The translations under genes and the position numbers were made by a program. The notes beneath the pieces are model-generated. The model saw only the letters and a list, made by a program, of their open reading frames with translations, had not been told where the DNA came from and made no database searches. Positions 28,532-38,730 of a DNA stretch of 64,000 nt are shown here, one piece after another. Source of the stretch: an uncultured cyanobacterium (GTDB taxonomy: Bacteria > Cyanobacteriota > Cyanobacteriia > Cyanobacteriales > Nostocaceae); the NCBI GenBank assembly GCA_963740315.1, contig CAVUDP010000002.1, positions 544,001 through 608,000 of the forward strand, written 5' to 3'. Within the stretch, counting starts at the first letter, position 1, and every line of letters starts with the position of its first letter.

Positions 28532-30073
28532 TCACTGTTCATAGTCATTCCCAGAACCATATTTCCAACCATCAACCCAACGATGCCAATAATATTGATA
28601 GTTGTTTGGGATATTTTTCACCCACGGTTCTAACATTAGACTGACATTGAATAAAATAGAATAAACACCTAAGTTAATAAAATGCCACATCCAATCTAGT
28701 AAAGTTATCAAACCAACTTGGGGAATAATTTTGATAATTAAACCTGGATTAGCTAAACTTGTTTGAAAAAGCGTTTTTGTTAAACCGGAAAACTGCACCA
28801 CATCCTGTAAAAATGGTTTGAGTACTGGTTCTCCTAACTTTTCCATTTGAGCAAATACAACTGATAACAACTCATTTATTTGATTTGGCTCAATTTTTTG
28901 ATTTACACCGACGCTCATCGCTTTTTGAAATAACCAAGTAACTGTTAAACTCGGTTGATATGGTTGCAATAATGACAGCGATGCAGATGATAATCGATCG
29001 GTTTGCAAAGCTTCATCAACACCCAAAGTTAAACGCTTGAGATTTCGGATCATGGCACCAAAACCACCGAAACTTAAAGGTGATTGATTTCCGCTGCTAT
29101 CACCTACAGGTAAAATACGAGAAAATGGTGTTTTTAAAGGACTTCGACGATAAGAAGGGAAGAAACCAAACAGCGCTCGTTTAAAGTCAAGTTGCTCTAA
29201 TTCCACACCTTGATATTCTGGCATCAAGCGCAGATATTCTTCAAAAAATGCTTCTAAACCGATACGATCCGGATCTGCATCCATATAGGTAAACATATAA
29301 GTTGTTCTACCGTCTTTTGCTGGAAAAGCTTCCCAAAAATACTGACATTGGTTTTTAATTTCAGTAAACGATAACAACAAGTCACCAGTTTCGTTTTCCG
29401 GAAAACCTGAAGCACAAGTTCCCACTACCATACACAACGCATCTGGTTTGACTCCCTGACGTATCTGTTGGGTAATGGGAGAAAAGTTTCCCATCGCGTC
29501 AATTAACAATCTGCTTTTTAACTGGTTGTTTACCATCACCCCATCGGGATGTACTACCGCTTCGCTAAAAGGTGTATTTTCAAACAGCTTTCCTCCTCTT
29601 TCCAGAAATCGCTGCTTCAATGTTTCGAGTAAATAAACTGGATATACACCGATATTGAGAACATTTTCCACCCAAACTTCCGTACCCGCAGTAAAACTTA
29701 CTCTGGCTGGATTATATTCCGTTGCGATCGCTTTATCTAACTCTTCAGAGGTAAGTAAATCTAATTCTAAAAGTACTTGTAATTCGTTACGAGATATGTT
29801 CCATTCTTGTTCTCTACCTCGCAAAATTCCTCTTTCAATTAAGGCGACTTTTACGCCCCGTGAAACTAGGGCACAACCAATTAAAATACCTAAAGTACCG
29901 CCAGAAATAACAACATCCCAATCTACATTACCTAAAGGTTGTTGAGTTTCTTTAACAACCATCGGTACGGGTGAATTTCCCGATTTGATGGATGTCAATA
30001 TGCGATCGGCGCGACGCAATCCCCCGAAAACATCGCCTGGTAATTGTGAGAGAATTTCTTGTGTTAAAGACAT
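28532..30073 (-). CDS. cruP: FAD-dependent oxidoreductase of the CruA/CruP lycopene cyclase family (size fits CruP)
   Basis: 'DVVISGGTLG', 'GREQEWNISR.EL', 'QYFWEAFP', 'VGDSSGNQSPLSFGGFG'; 513 aa. Confidence 0.65.
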   Translation of the reverse strand: MSLTQEILSQLPGDVFGGLRRADRILTSIKSGNSPVPMVVKETQQPLGNVDWDVVISGGTLGILIGCALVSRGVKVALIERGILRGREQEWNISRNELQVLLELDLLTSEELDKAIATEYNPARVSFTAGTEVWVENVLNIGVYPVYLLETLKQRFLERGGKLFENTPFSEAVVHPDGVMVNNQLKSRLLIDAMGNFSPITQQIRQGVKPDALCMVVGTCASGFPENETGDLLLSFTEIKNQCQYFWEAFPAKDGRTTYMFTYMDADPDRIGLEAFFEEYLRLMPEYQGVELEQLDFKRALFGFFPSYRRSPLKTPFSRILPVGDSSGNQSPLSFGGFGAMIRNLKRLTLGVDEALQTDRLSSASLSLLQPYQPSLTVTWLFQKAMSVGVNQKIEPNQINELLSVVFAQMEKLGEPVLKPFLQDVVQFSGLTKTLFQTSLANPGLIIKIIPQVGLITLLDWMWHFINLGVYSILFNVSLMLEPWVKNIPNNYQYYWHRWVDGWKYGSGNDYEQ

Positions 30074-30563
30074 AGTTATGATTACCGCGAATTTATCAAA
30101 GCTGTATATATTTAATTTTCTTACTTTTTACGATCGTGCGAAAAAAACATCATATTAATTTCGGTTATCTATGTAAATTAGATAAATATTTGCTTTAGTT
30201 GGTATTGATTTTAACCGCGAAAATTGACCCCGAATTCACAGGACGTATAATTATTGTAAAATGTCAGTCAATATACGGATAAATAAAATTTTTCCAAATA
30301 TTATTCAAACTATAAAGTGCTAAAGTCAGTTATTAAAGGGTTTTGAGATGTTTATTAAGCCGTATTTTTACGAACAGTATCCTACAATCTACTTTAAAAA
30401 AAATTGATTATTCGCGATCGCAGGTAAAGAAACAGTGAAGTTATCCGGAAAAAGGTGTGATAAAAAACAAAAGAGATTATTGTAAAAAGCGAACCACTTA
30501 CAAGCAAAAGTTAGCACTTTGATGTATATCTAAATATTATTTAAGCGACCACTTTTGATATTT

Positions 30564-31874
30564 ATGAAAATAGCATTTATCGTAGACAGATTTCCGGTTT
30601 TATCAGAAACATTCATTATCAATCAAATTACAGGGTTGATCGATCGCGGGCATGAAGTACATATTTATGGAAAGCAGACTGATGAGAATAAGCTGCATCC
30701 AGATGTCGAAAAGTATAAATTAATTGAACGCACGCGCTATTTACCTGAAATTCCGCAAAATTACTTGTGGCGTTTATTTCACGTACTTTATTTGTTTGTG
30801 AAAAACTTTTCTCAAGCACCGGGCGTGTTACTGCGTTCTCTGAATATTTTTAAGTATGGTAAACGAGCAGCTTGTTTAAGATTGTTTTACTCAAGTTTAC
30901 CTTTTTTAAACGCACCTAAATACGATATTATTCACTGTCAATTTGGCAGACAAGCAGTTTGTAAATTTGGTCCTTACAGTTATGAAGGCGTTGCGCTGCG
31001 GGATATTGGTGCAGTCAAAGGAAAGTTAATTACGACTTTTCGCGGCTACGATATCAGTTGGTACGTACAAGAGTATGGTGAAAATGTCTACGATGAGTTA
31101 TTTGAAAAAGGAGACTTTTTCTATGCCAATTGCGAATTTTTTAGACGGCGAGCAATTGAACTCGGATGCGATGCAAATAAAATAGTCGTTCACGGTTCTG
31201 GTATAGATTGCAGTCGGTTTAAATTTAAAGCTCGATATCCCGATCGTTCCGGCTTAATTCGGATTGCGACAACAGGACGTTTAACTGAAAAGAAAGGCAT
31301 AGAATACGCGATTCGTGCGGTAGCTGAAGTTGCAAAAGTTCATCCCAATATTGAATTTAATATTATTGGCGATGGAGAATTAAAAGAGCATTTTGTGCAA
31401 ATAATTCATGAATTAAATATTGGCGATAAAGTCGATCTCAAAGGATGGAAAAATCAAAAAGAAATTATATCTATTCTTGATGAAAGTCACATCTTTGTAG
31501 CACCAAGCGTTACTGCAAGTGACGGTAATCAAGATGCTCCAGTTAATACTTTGAAAGAGGCAATGGCTATGGGTTTACCAGTTATTGGCACCCTCCACGG
31601 CGGTATTCCCGAATTAGTTGTAGATGGTATTTCTGGATTTTTAGTTCCTGAAAGAGATGAAAAAGCTATTGCACAGAAATTAATTTATTTAATACAGCAT
31701 CCTGAAATCTGGCAACAAATGGGTTTATACGGTCGCCAACAAGTGGAAACGCAATATGATATCAACAAACTAAACTCCGAGTTAGTGGAAATTTATCAAC
31801 AGGTATCGGGTAACAATTTGGATTTATCTGAAGAAAAAACGCTTGTTTCTTCTGTAAGTCCCAAATACATATAG
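30564..31874 (+). CDS. GT4 glycosyltransferase, WcaL-like
   Basis: 'FPVLSETFIINQITGL', 'TTFRGYDIS', 'GRLTEKKG', 'LKEAMAMGLPVIGT.HGGIPE'. Confidence 0.88.
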   Translation: MKIAFIVDRFPVLSETFIINQITGLIDRGHEVHIYGKQTDENKLHPDVEKYKLIERTRYLPEIPQNYLWRLFHVLYLFVKNFSQAPGVLLRSLNIFKYGKRAACLRLFYSSLPFLNAPKYDIIHCQFGRQAVCKFGPYSYEGVALRDIGAVKGKLITTFRGYDISWYVQEYGENVYDELFEKGDFFYANCEFFRRRAIELGCDANKIVVHGSGIDCSRFKFKARYPDRSGLIRIATTGRLTEKKGIEYAIRAVAEVAKVHPNIEFNIIGDGELKEHFVQIIHELNIGDKVDLKGWKNQKEIISILDESHIFVAPSVTASDGNQDAPVNTLKEAMAMGLPVIGTLHGGIPELVVDGISGFLVPERDEKAIAQKLIYLIQHPEIWQQMGLYGRQQVETQYDINKLNSELVEIYQQVSGNNLDLSEEKTLVSSVSPKYI

Positions 31875-31894
31875 ATATAAAAGTAGAGGATTAA

Positions 31895-32953
31895 ATGAAC
31901 TCCAAACCAGAAGTAACTATTATAGTCGCACCACGAGAACGTTTTAGCTATACTCGTGAATCTTTAGAAAGCATTTACGAGCATACACAGTTACCGTTCA
32001 AGTTAATTTATGTTGACGGTGGTTCGCCTGCTCATATTAAGAATTACCTGGAAACTCAAGCCACCGAAAAGCAATTTCAAGTAATTCGCACCGAACATTA
32101 CCTTTCTCCCAATCACGCTAGAAATCTTGGTTTGCGTCAAGTTGACACTAAGTATGTAGTGTTCATCGATAACGATGTAGTGGTGACTCCCGGTTGGTTG
32201 AAAACTGCGGTAGATTGCGCCGAACAAACCAATGCAACCGTAGTCAGTCCCCTTGTCTGTCAATACTTACCCCTCCACGAAGAAGTGCATTGCGCCGGTG
32301 GTGAATCGGGAATCAAAGTAGAAACCAAAAACGACACGACAAGAAGAAGGTTTATTGAAAAGATTTTCAAGCAAGGAAAAAAAGTTGCAGATGTGCGTCC
32401 TAAATTGCAGCGTCAAGAAACCGGGTTGGCAGAATTTCACTGCATGATGGTACGCACGGAAATCTTCGATAAAATCGGTTTGCTCGATGAAGGCTTGTTA
32501 AATACCAAGGAACACGTAGATTTGTGTATTTTAGTAGCCCAAGCTGGCGGTACAATTTATTTAGAACCCGATTCCCTAGTAACTTATGTACCCGGACCAC
32601 CTTTAGAATGGTCGGATGTCGGATATTATATGTTACGTTGGAGCGACGGTTGGGAAATGGCTAGTTTGAAAAGATTGCGCGAAAAGTGGAATCTGAGCGA
32701 AGACAAGTATTTCCAAAATAAATATAAGCGGTTGGGATGGCGCAGAAAGATGACCATTATCGAACCCATCAGTCAAAAACTCGGCTTCGGCAATCGTTTC
32801 TTATCTAAAGTTGTCGGTAAATTAATTGGTAAGGCAGATAGAATGCTCAATAGCTACATTACCAGCAGCTACGCCCGCAAACACCTGCAAAATAAAAATC
32901 AAACTTCTCCCACTCAACCACCGAATGCAATAACTGCATCATCGCAGGGTTAA
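31895..32953 (+). CDS. GT2 glycosyltransferase
   Basis: 'LIYVDGGS', 'ARNLGL', 'FIDNDV', 'EHVDLC'. Confidence 0.88.
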   Translation: MNSKPEVTIIVAPRERFSYTRESLESIYEHTQLPFKLIYVDGGSPAHIKNYLETQATEKQFQVIRTEHYLSPNHARNLGLRQVDTKYVVFIDNDVVVTPGWLKTAVDCAEQTNATVVSPLVCQYLPLHEEVHCAGGESGIKVETKNDTTRRRFIEKIFKQGKKVADVRPKLQRQETGLAEFHCMMVRTEIFDKIGLLDEGLLNTKEHVDLCILVAQAGGTIYLEPDSLVTYVPGPPLEWSDVGYYMLRWSDGWEMASLKRLREKWNLSEDKYFQNKYKRLGWRRKMTIIEPISQKLGFGNRFLSKVVGKLIGKADRMLNSYITSSYARKHLQNKNQTSPTQPPNAITASSQG

Positions 32954-32971
32954 TAGTTGTGTAACCCCAGC

Positions 32972-32999
32972 GTGGAGACGTAATATATTACGTCTCTAC
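32972..32999. repeat. REP-like palindrome GAGACGTAATATATTACGTCTC ending in CTAC
   Basis: Perfect palindrome 32975-32996. Confidence 0.8.
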
Positions 33000-33038
33000 A
33001 TCATCGCGAAAAACTTATTTAATAAAGGGTGAAAAATA

Positions 33039-33911
33039 TTGAAAAGAAAAAAATTTAGAAATTACCAGCCCCAGGAAGCGTTTTATACGCCGGAAAGTTT
33101 ACTGAGACATCCTGTCCGATTATTTAAACAAATGTGGCTGGATTTATTAGGTTCCCGCGAACTAGCTTGGAGATTATTTGTAAGGGATATCAGCGCTCAA
33201 TATCGTCAGTCATTTTTAGGAATAATTTGGGCTTTTGTACCGCCAATAGTCATGGCTGCGGGGTTCACTCTCGCCAGTCAAGCTAAGGTGATCAATGTTG
33301 GGGAAACCGATTTACCTTATCCAGCCTATGTAATGTTTAGTACCGCCCTATGGCAAACCTTCGTAGAAGCTATTAACGGTCCGGTAAAAGCGGTAACGGA
33401 AGCAAAACCGATGCTAGCGAGAGTTAACTTTCCTAGAGAAGCGTTAATTTTAGCTAAATTAGGCGAAGTTTTTTTTAATTTTGCGATCAAATTAATTTTG
33501 ATTATCGGCTTATTTATCTGGTTCCGCGTTCCCGTTAGTTGGACGGTAATATTAACACCAGTATCTTTGATTCATTTAATTTTCTTCGGTACGTTTATCG
33601 GTGTTTTACTATCACCTTTAGGAGTATTATATCAAGATGTATCGAAAGGATTAACTTTACTAACCAGTTTTTGGCTATTTTTAACTCCTGTAGTTTATCC
33701 AGTTCCGACACAAGGAATTTTCGGTAACATAGTCAAGTTAAATCCCGTTACCCCCCTACTCGTAACAACGCGAGAACTTGCAACCACGGGAATCGTATCG
33801 GAACCCATCGGGTTTTGGATAGTCAGCATTATTACTATAATTGGATTATTTGTAACATGGGTTGGTTTTCGTTTGGCAATGCCTTTTGTAGTAGAAAGAG
33901 TAAGCTCTTAA
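33039..33911 (+). CDS. wzm: ABC-2 polysaccharide export permease (Wzm-like)
   Basis: 'RDISAQYRQSFLGIIWAF', 'FPREAL', 'FLTPVVYP', 'LNPVT'. Confidence 0.88.
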   Translation: MKRKKFRNYQPQEAFYTPESLLRHPVRLFKQMWLDLLGSRELAWRLFVRDISAQYRQSFLGIIWAFVPPIVMAAGFTLASQAKVINVGETDLPYPAYVMFSTALWQTFVEAINGPVKAVTEAKPMLARVNFPREALILAKLGEVFFNFAIKLILIIGLFIWFRVPVSWTVILTPVSLIHLIFFGTFIGVLLSPLGVLYQDVSKGLTLLTSFWLFLTPVVYPVPTQGIFGNIVKLNPVTPLLVTTRELATTGIVSEPIGFWIVSIITIIGLFVTWVGFRLAMPFVVERVSS

Positions 33912-33914
33912 ATT

Positions 33915-35255
33915 ATGACTAGTTTAATAGTAAAAGAAATTGATACGCAGCCCGAAGAAAGTGAAGCAGTTATTACCGTTGAAAACGTTTCTAAAAAGTT
34001 TTGTCGCGATTTAAAACGCTCTTTATTTTACGGCTTACAAGATATCGCTAGTGAAGTTACGGGTGGAAAAAGGAAAAGCGATGCTCTGCGTAAAAATGAA
34101 TTTTGGGCGCTTAAAGATGTTAGCTTTCAACTACATCGAGGTGAAGCACTCGGATTAGTAGGTTCTAACGGAGCCGGAAAAAGTACCATATTACGAATTA
34201 TTAGTGGTTTAATTAAACCCGACACCGGAACCGTAAAAGTAAAAGGTAGAGTTGCTCCATTAATTGCATTGGGAGCGGGCTTTAATCCTATTTTATCGGG
34301 ACGGGAAAATATTTACGCTAATATGTCAATTCTCGGTTTACCAACCGCAGAAATTGAAAAAAGATTTGACGAAGTTGTAGAATTTGCTGAAATCGCCGAT
34401 GCAATTGATGCGCCAGTTCAAACTTATAGTTCCGGCATGGCTGCACGATTGGGATTTGCTTGCGCCGTTCACATCGAACCAGATATTTTATTAATAGATG
34501 AAGTACTGGCAGTGGGTGATGTCAAATTTAAAATGAAGTGCCATCGCAAGCTATCAGAATTACGCAAAAATGGTACGGCATTTATCTTAGTTACCCATAA
34601 CTCTCATAGCATATTAAATATATGTGAAACTTCGATTTTCTTGAAAAAAGGTGAGTTACTTGCTTCTGGAGATACCGAAAAAGTAATTCGTACATATGAA
34701 GAAGACCTTTGTTTGAGCGGTAAAGAAAATGCTTTAGGAAGAATGGTGCTGCCGCCCAAACCAAAAGAAAAAAGCAATGGTTTAGATATCGTTTCGCTGT
34801 GCTTTAAAGATGAAAAAGATCGTAATTTAGAAAATTTATTTACTGGTGAAGCAGCATATTTAAGTGTAGAATGTAAATCTTACGAACATATTAAAAGCGC
34901 CAATTTAGGAATGTTAGTTACGGCATTATCCGGCGGAGAAGGTCTTGTTTTATATATGACATCTACCAGCGATAATCAAGAATTAGAAATTCCTGTCGGT
35001 AAATCCGAAATACGGATGTATATGCCTTACTGTTCGATGATTCCCGGTGTATATAGCGCCAGAATATACATTCGTGATGGCGTACTTTCCTATGATATAG
35101 TTGAATCTTTTCGATTTACCGTCAAAGCCAATAAAACTATCAGCAGATGTCAATTTTATCAACCTAGAAAATGGCAGGTTATACCTGGCGATCGCCATAT
35201 ATCAGTTACCAATAGTTCTTTAAAATCTCAAAGTCATATTTTGCCAGATGATTAA
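33915..35255 (+). CDS. wzt: polysaccharide export ABC ATPase with a C-terminal carbohydrate-binding domain (Wzt-like)
   Basis: GSNGAGKST, 'YSSGMAARLGFA', 'LLIDEVLAVGD', ~180-aa C-terminal extension. Confidence 0.9.
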   Translation: MTSLIVKEIDTQPEESEAVITVENVSKKFCRDLKRSLFYGLQDIASEVTGGKRKSDALRKNEFWALKDVSFQLHRGEALGLVGSNGAGKSTILRIISGLIKPDTGTVKVKGRVAPLIALGAGFNPILSGRENIYANMSILGLPTAEIEKRFDEVVEFAEIADAIDAPVQTYSSGMAARLGFACAVHIEPDILLIDEVLAVGDVKFKMKCHRKLSELRKNGTAFILVTHNSHSILNICETSIFLKKGELLASGDTEKVIRTYEEDLCLSGKENALGRMVLPPKPKEKSNGLDIVSLCFKDEKDRNLENLFTGEAAYLSVECKSYEHIKSANLGMLVTALSGGEGLVLYMTSTSDNQELEIPVGKSEIRMYMPYCSMIPGVYSARIYIRDGVLSYDIVESFRFTVKANKTISRCQFYQPRKWQVIPGDRHISVTNSSLKSQSHILPDD

Positions 35256-35453
35256 TACTGTATACCCGTAGAAAGAAGTTTGAGTATAACAGGTGAGAAA
35301 AAGGTATAAATGCAATATCTTAAATTATCAAGCAAATCTATTTTTTCGTAGTTAATAACTGACAAGATTTTTGTTATTTAACAAATTTTAATCTAAGAAG
35401 TAAAAAACAAAATCAAAGCTAACTACTATATTTCATCAGCAGGTGTATTTCAA

Positions 35454-36368
35454 ATGAGTAATCCTTTATTGAGTGTAATCATTCCTACCCATAACCGCCC
35501 TCAACTTGTAATTCGGGCGGTAAAAAGTGCCTTAGAACAAACTATGGAGGATTTAGAAGTAATTGTTGTTGATGATGCCTCCGAAGTTCCTCTAGAATTA
35601 CCTCAAGACAACAGAGTCAGAACGATTCGACTTTCACAACCAAGTGGTGGAGCAGCTGCTCGCAACGTCGGTACTAAAGCCGCTCGCGGACGTTGGATAA
35701 CCTATTTAGACGATGATGATAGACTTCTTACCGATATGGCTAGCGTGTCGTTAAAAGCTTTATCAGAAAATAGTTGCAAAACTCCCGCAGCAGTTATTTC
35801 CGGCTTGGAAGTGGTTGACGATCGAGGAACAGTAACCGACAAGCGAATACCACCAAAAATACGCCAACAAGGCGCTCACTTCTTTTTAGAACAACTTGAA
35901 CCAGGCTATTCATACAACAATAAACAGACATTAGTAGTAGAGCGTAAAGTCATCGATCGCATTGGTGGGTGGGATGAAACATTTCGCTCTCGCGTTCACT
36001 CAGAACTGTTTCTACGGCTTAATCCGGCTTGTTCTATAATCGGTTTACCCATTGTGACTTATCAGCTTACTGCCCATGAAGGAGTAAGAGTGTCGCGGGA
36101 TCTTCAATTGCGTCAAGAAAGTTTTGAACGCTTAATAAATAAGCATCAAAGTTTGTTTAAAGCACATCCTAAAACTTTTGCCAATTTCTTGTGCAACCAC
36201 GCAGAAAAATCATTTGAACTTGGTCAACCAAAAGCTGCGATTTTTAGTTTTTTACGTGCGATGCAACTAGATTTAAATCCTACTCTGAGACGAATTAAAT
36301 CGCTATCAACATATACAGTACGAAGCTATACCAAGCAGGTGTTTCGAGAAGTTTTGAATAGCAATTAA
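35454..36368 (+). CDS. GT2 glycosyltransferase
   Basis: 'SVIIPTHNR', 'VVDDAS', 'AARNVG', 'YLDDDD'. Confidence 0.9.
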   Translation: MSNPLLSVIIPTHNRPQLVIRAVKSALEQTMEDLEVIVVDDASEVPLELPQDNRVRTIRLSQPSGGAAARNVGTKAARGRWITYLDDDDRLLTDMASVSLKALSENSCKTPAAVISGLEVVDDRGTVTDKRIPPKIRQQGAHFFLEQLEPGYSYNNKQTLVVERKVIDRIGGWDETFRSRVHSELFLRLNPACSIIGLPIVTYQLTAHEGVRVSRDLQLRQESFERLINKHQSLFKAHPKTFANFLCNHAEKSFELGQPKAAIFSFLRAMQLDLNPTLRRIKSLSTYTVRSYTKQVFREVLNSN

Positions 36369-36504
36369 AACAATTTAGCAGTTTGTTACTTCCCAACCGA
36401 TCGCTCCAAGGGTGCATTTACTAATTTCGATCGACCTGCCTTATATCCATCTAGTTAATTATATGAATATTAGCTTTTAAAACAGAAAAATTGAATTTAG
36501 AAAA

Positions 36505-37551
36505 ATGAAAATGCAAAAACTTGTTTCCGTAATTATTCCCTGCTTTAATGCCGAAAGGTGGATAGCAGAGACAATTGATAGCTGCTTAAAGCAAACTTAT
36601 CCTCATATCGAAATTATTGTAATTGATGATTTTTCCACCGATAAATCTATGGAAATCATCAAAAGCTATGGAGATAAAATAATTTGGGAACGTCTAAGAG
36701 AAAATAAAGGTGGAAACTATGCTAGGAATAGAGGCTTCGCTTTATCAAAAGGAGAATATATTCAGTTCTTGGATGCAGATGATTTAATTTTACCAGAAAA
36801 AATAGAAAGACAAATAAACTTTTTAGAAGAAACACAAGCAGATGTTGTTTACGGTGATTGGCGATATCAAGGGCATCAATCTGATGGGGTAATATTCCTA
36901 GATCAAATAGAAAAACCTGGAACGCAAACAGATATTCTCCAATCTTTAATAGAAAATTGGTGGACTGCTGTTGCATCATTATTTTACAGAAGAACGGCTG
37001 TAGAAAAAAGCGGTGGATGGGATGAAAGTTTTTCAGCAGCACAGGATAGAGATTTTTTCATATCAGTAGTGATGAGTGATGTAAAAATTGTCTATCAACC
37101 GGGCTGTTATTCAATATATAGAAGATACGGCAACGTTACAGTATCAACTGCTTCAAAACCGCGCTGGGTAAAGAATCACTGTAAAGTTTTGCAAAAGGTA
37201 GAAAAAAGACTTTTACTAGAAAATCCAGAAATTCCATTTAATTATCGCCGTGCTTTAGCTGAAGGCTACTTTGAATTAGCTAGAGATTATATGTATATCG
37301 ACTACGAGCAATATTTACGATTTTTGAATAAATCTTTAGCTTTGTGTCCAGATTTTAAGCATAAAACCGAAAGAAAAATCTATAGCTTAGTTCAAGATAT
37401 TTTGGGATTTCGCTTCAGCGAAAAAATTGTTCATCGCATCCTACTTTTACAAGCCTTTTTGGATGCTAAAATCTATTCCCGTACTTCAAAAAAATCCAAG
37501 TCAAATAAGAGCAATTATTGTGGCAATGTTGATATAAGCATAGTACAATAA
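36505..37551 (+). CDS. GT2 glycosyltransferase
   Basis: 'SVIIPCFNAE', 'VIDDFSTD', 'ARNRG', 'FLDADD', 'GGWDE...AQD'. Confidence 0.9.
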   Translation: MKMQKLVSVIIPCFNAERWIAETIDSCLKQTYPHIEIIVIDDFSTDKSMEIIKSYGDKIIWERLRENKGGNYARNRGFALSKGEYIQFLDADDLILPEKIERQINFLEETQADVVYGDWRYQGHQSDGVIFLDQIEKPGTQTDILQSLIENWWTAVASLFYRRTAVEKSGGWDESFSAAQDRDFFISVVMSDVKIVYQPGCYSIYRRYGNVTVSTASKPRWVKNHCKVLQKVEKRLLLENPEIPFNYRRALAEGYFELARDYMYIDYEQYLRFLNKSLALCPDFKHKTERKIYSLVQDILGFRFSEKIVHRILLLQAFLDAKIYSRTSKKSKSNKSNYCGNVDISIVQ

Positions 37552-37572
37552 CTTTGATTTAGGAAAAGACTT

Positions 37573-37842
37573 ATGGATAGAGGAAAAATAGTTGCGATTC
37601 TTACGGGTGTAATTTCTATACTTTTAGCTGTTGCTTACCTTGTAATAGTTCAAATTCTCGACTTTCGAGGTGAAATGAAACCCGCCCCCATTACTCAAGT
37701 AGAAACGTCTGTCGTTGCTACTTATGACGGATGGGATGATGGGGTGATGGGGAGATGGGGAGATGGGGAGATGGGGAGATGGGGAGATGGGGTGATGGGG
37801 AGTACTTCGACAAGCTCAGTAACCTTTGGGGTGATGGGGTGA
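37573..37842 (+). CDS. small single-TM cyanobacterial protein whose C-terminus runs into an STRR array
   Basis: 'MDRGKIVAILTGVISILLAVAYLVIVQILDFRGEMKPAP' followed by repeat-encoded 'GRWGDGEM'; AGGA RBS upstream. Confidence 0.7.
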   Translation: MDRGKIVAILTGVISILLAVAYLVIVQILDFRGEMKPAPITQVETSVVATYDGWDDGVMGRWGDGEMGRWGDGVMGSTSTSSVTFGVMG

Positions 37843-37890
37843 TGGGGTGATGGGGTGATGGGGAGATGGGGAGATGGGGTGATGGGGAGA
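37731..37890. repeat. STRR heptamer array (GGGGTGA/GGGAGAT) with a 22-nt SDR1-like insert at 37803-37824
   Basis: TACTTCGACAAGCTCAGTAACC inside the heptamers. Confidence 0.9.
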
Positions 37891-37917
37891 AAAATATTAT
37901 TATATAAAAATAACGAA

Positions 37918-38316
37918 CTATATTAACGATACAATTTCAAGCTCGTTGAATCCCGTTTGTTCGTCAAGGCTTCTGTGAAAAGTGAAATCTTCGGCGATGC
38001 CAATTACAATTTCGGCGGTGGTATAAATAATGCAACCATCGCTGAGGTGTCCGCCAATAACTTTACCATGACTGTTGGCGATCGCGATGTGAAGATGTAT
38101 TCCGGTAACAGAAGCAGTACCGTTGAGAGAAAGTATTTCAAATTTTTCAGTTAAAACTGTAGCATTCTCGCGATCGGCGAAGCGAATTGTCGCCTGTTTT
38201 AAACTACCAATTGCAGTCAAGATAAAACCTGCTTGAATATTTTTTTCGGTTACAAAGCTTTTTAAACTTGTTCTTAAATCTGCATTGGATTTGAGTCTAA
38301 TCGGTAAAACTTTCAT
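37918..38316 (-). CDS. PPC/DUF296 domain protein
   Basis: 'IGSLKQATIR', 'FEILSLNGT', 'HLHIAI......VIGGHL', 'TTAEIVI'. Confidence 0.9.
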   Translation of the reverse strand: MKVLPIRLKSNADLRTSLKSFVTEKNIQAGFILTAIGSLKQATIRFADRENATVLTEKFEILSLNGTASVTGIHLHIAIANSHGKVIGGHLSDGCIIYTTAEIVIGIAEDFTFHRSLDEQTGFNELEIVSLI

Positions 38317-38373
38317 GTATTCTTGTGAATTATGACGCTGTACGGGTAACTATAGTGAATTTCGGTTGAGTTG

Positions 38374-38439
38374 AGAAGTCGGGTTTTTATCAAAGAAGGT
38401 ATTGGTATTACAGATAGGTATTCTAAAAACCCGACTTCT
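38374..38439. repeat. 66-bp dispersed element with 16-bp terminal inverted repeats (copy 2)
   Basis: Differs from 71-136 at two positions; flank GACCATTTTAAT..GGGTGCGCTA also shared. Confidence 0.85.
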
Positions 38440-38730
38440 GACCATTTTAATGGGTGCGCTATATTTAACATGGGCATATTCATATTATCTTAGTGCCATT
38501 AATCTCTGAGGGGTTAAACCCATCAAATGTCATCAAACCTAGTAATTTGATTAAAATTTAATTCCGCTTGATGTCTTCTTTACCCTACAAAGTAGAATTA
38601 TGGACGGAAATTTAAGTATCTCTATAAGTTGGGAACATTATCAGTAATGCTACGGAAGCGTATAGAAAGAAACATTTTTAGAATATACGCAAAAGTTTCG
38701 TTTCTAGTTAATTTTATCGGGATGCTACAT

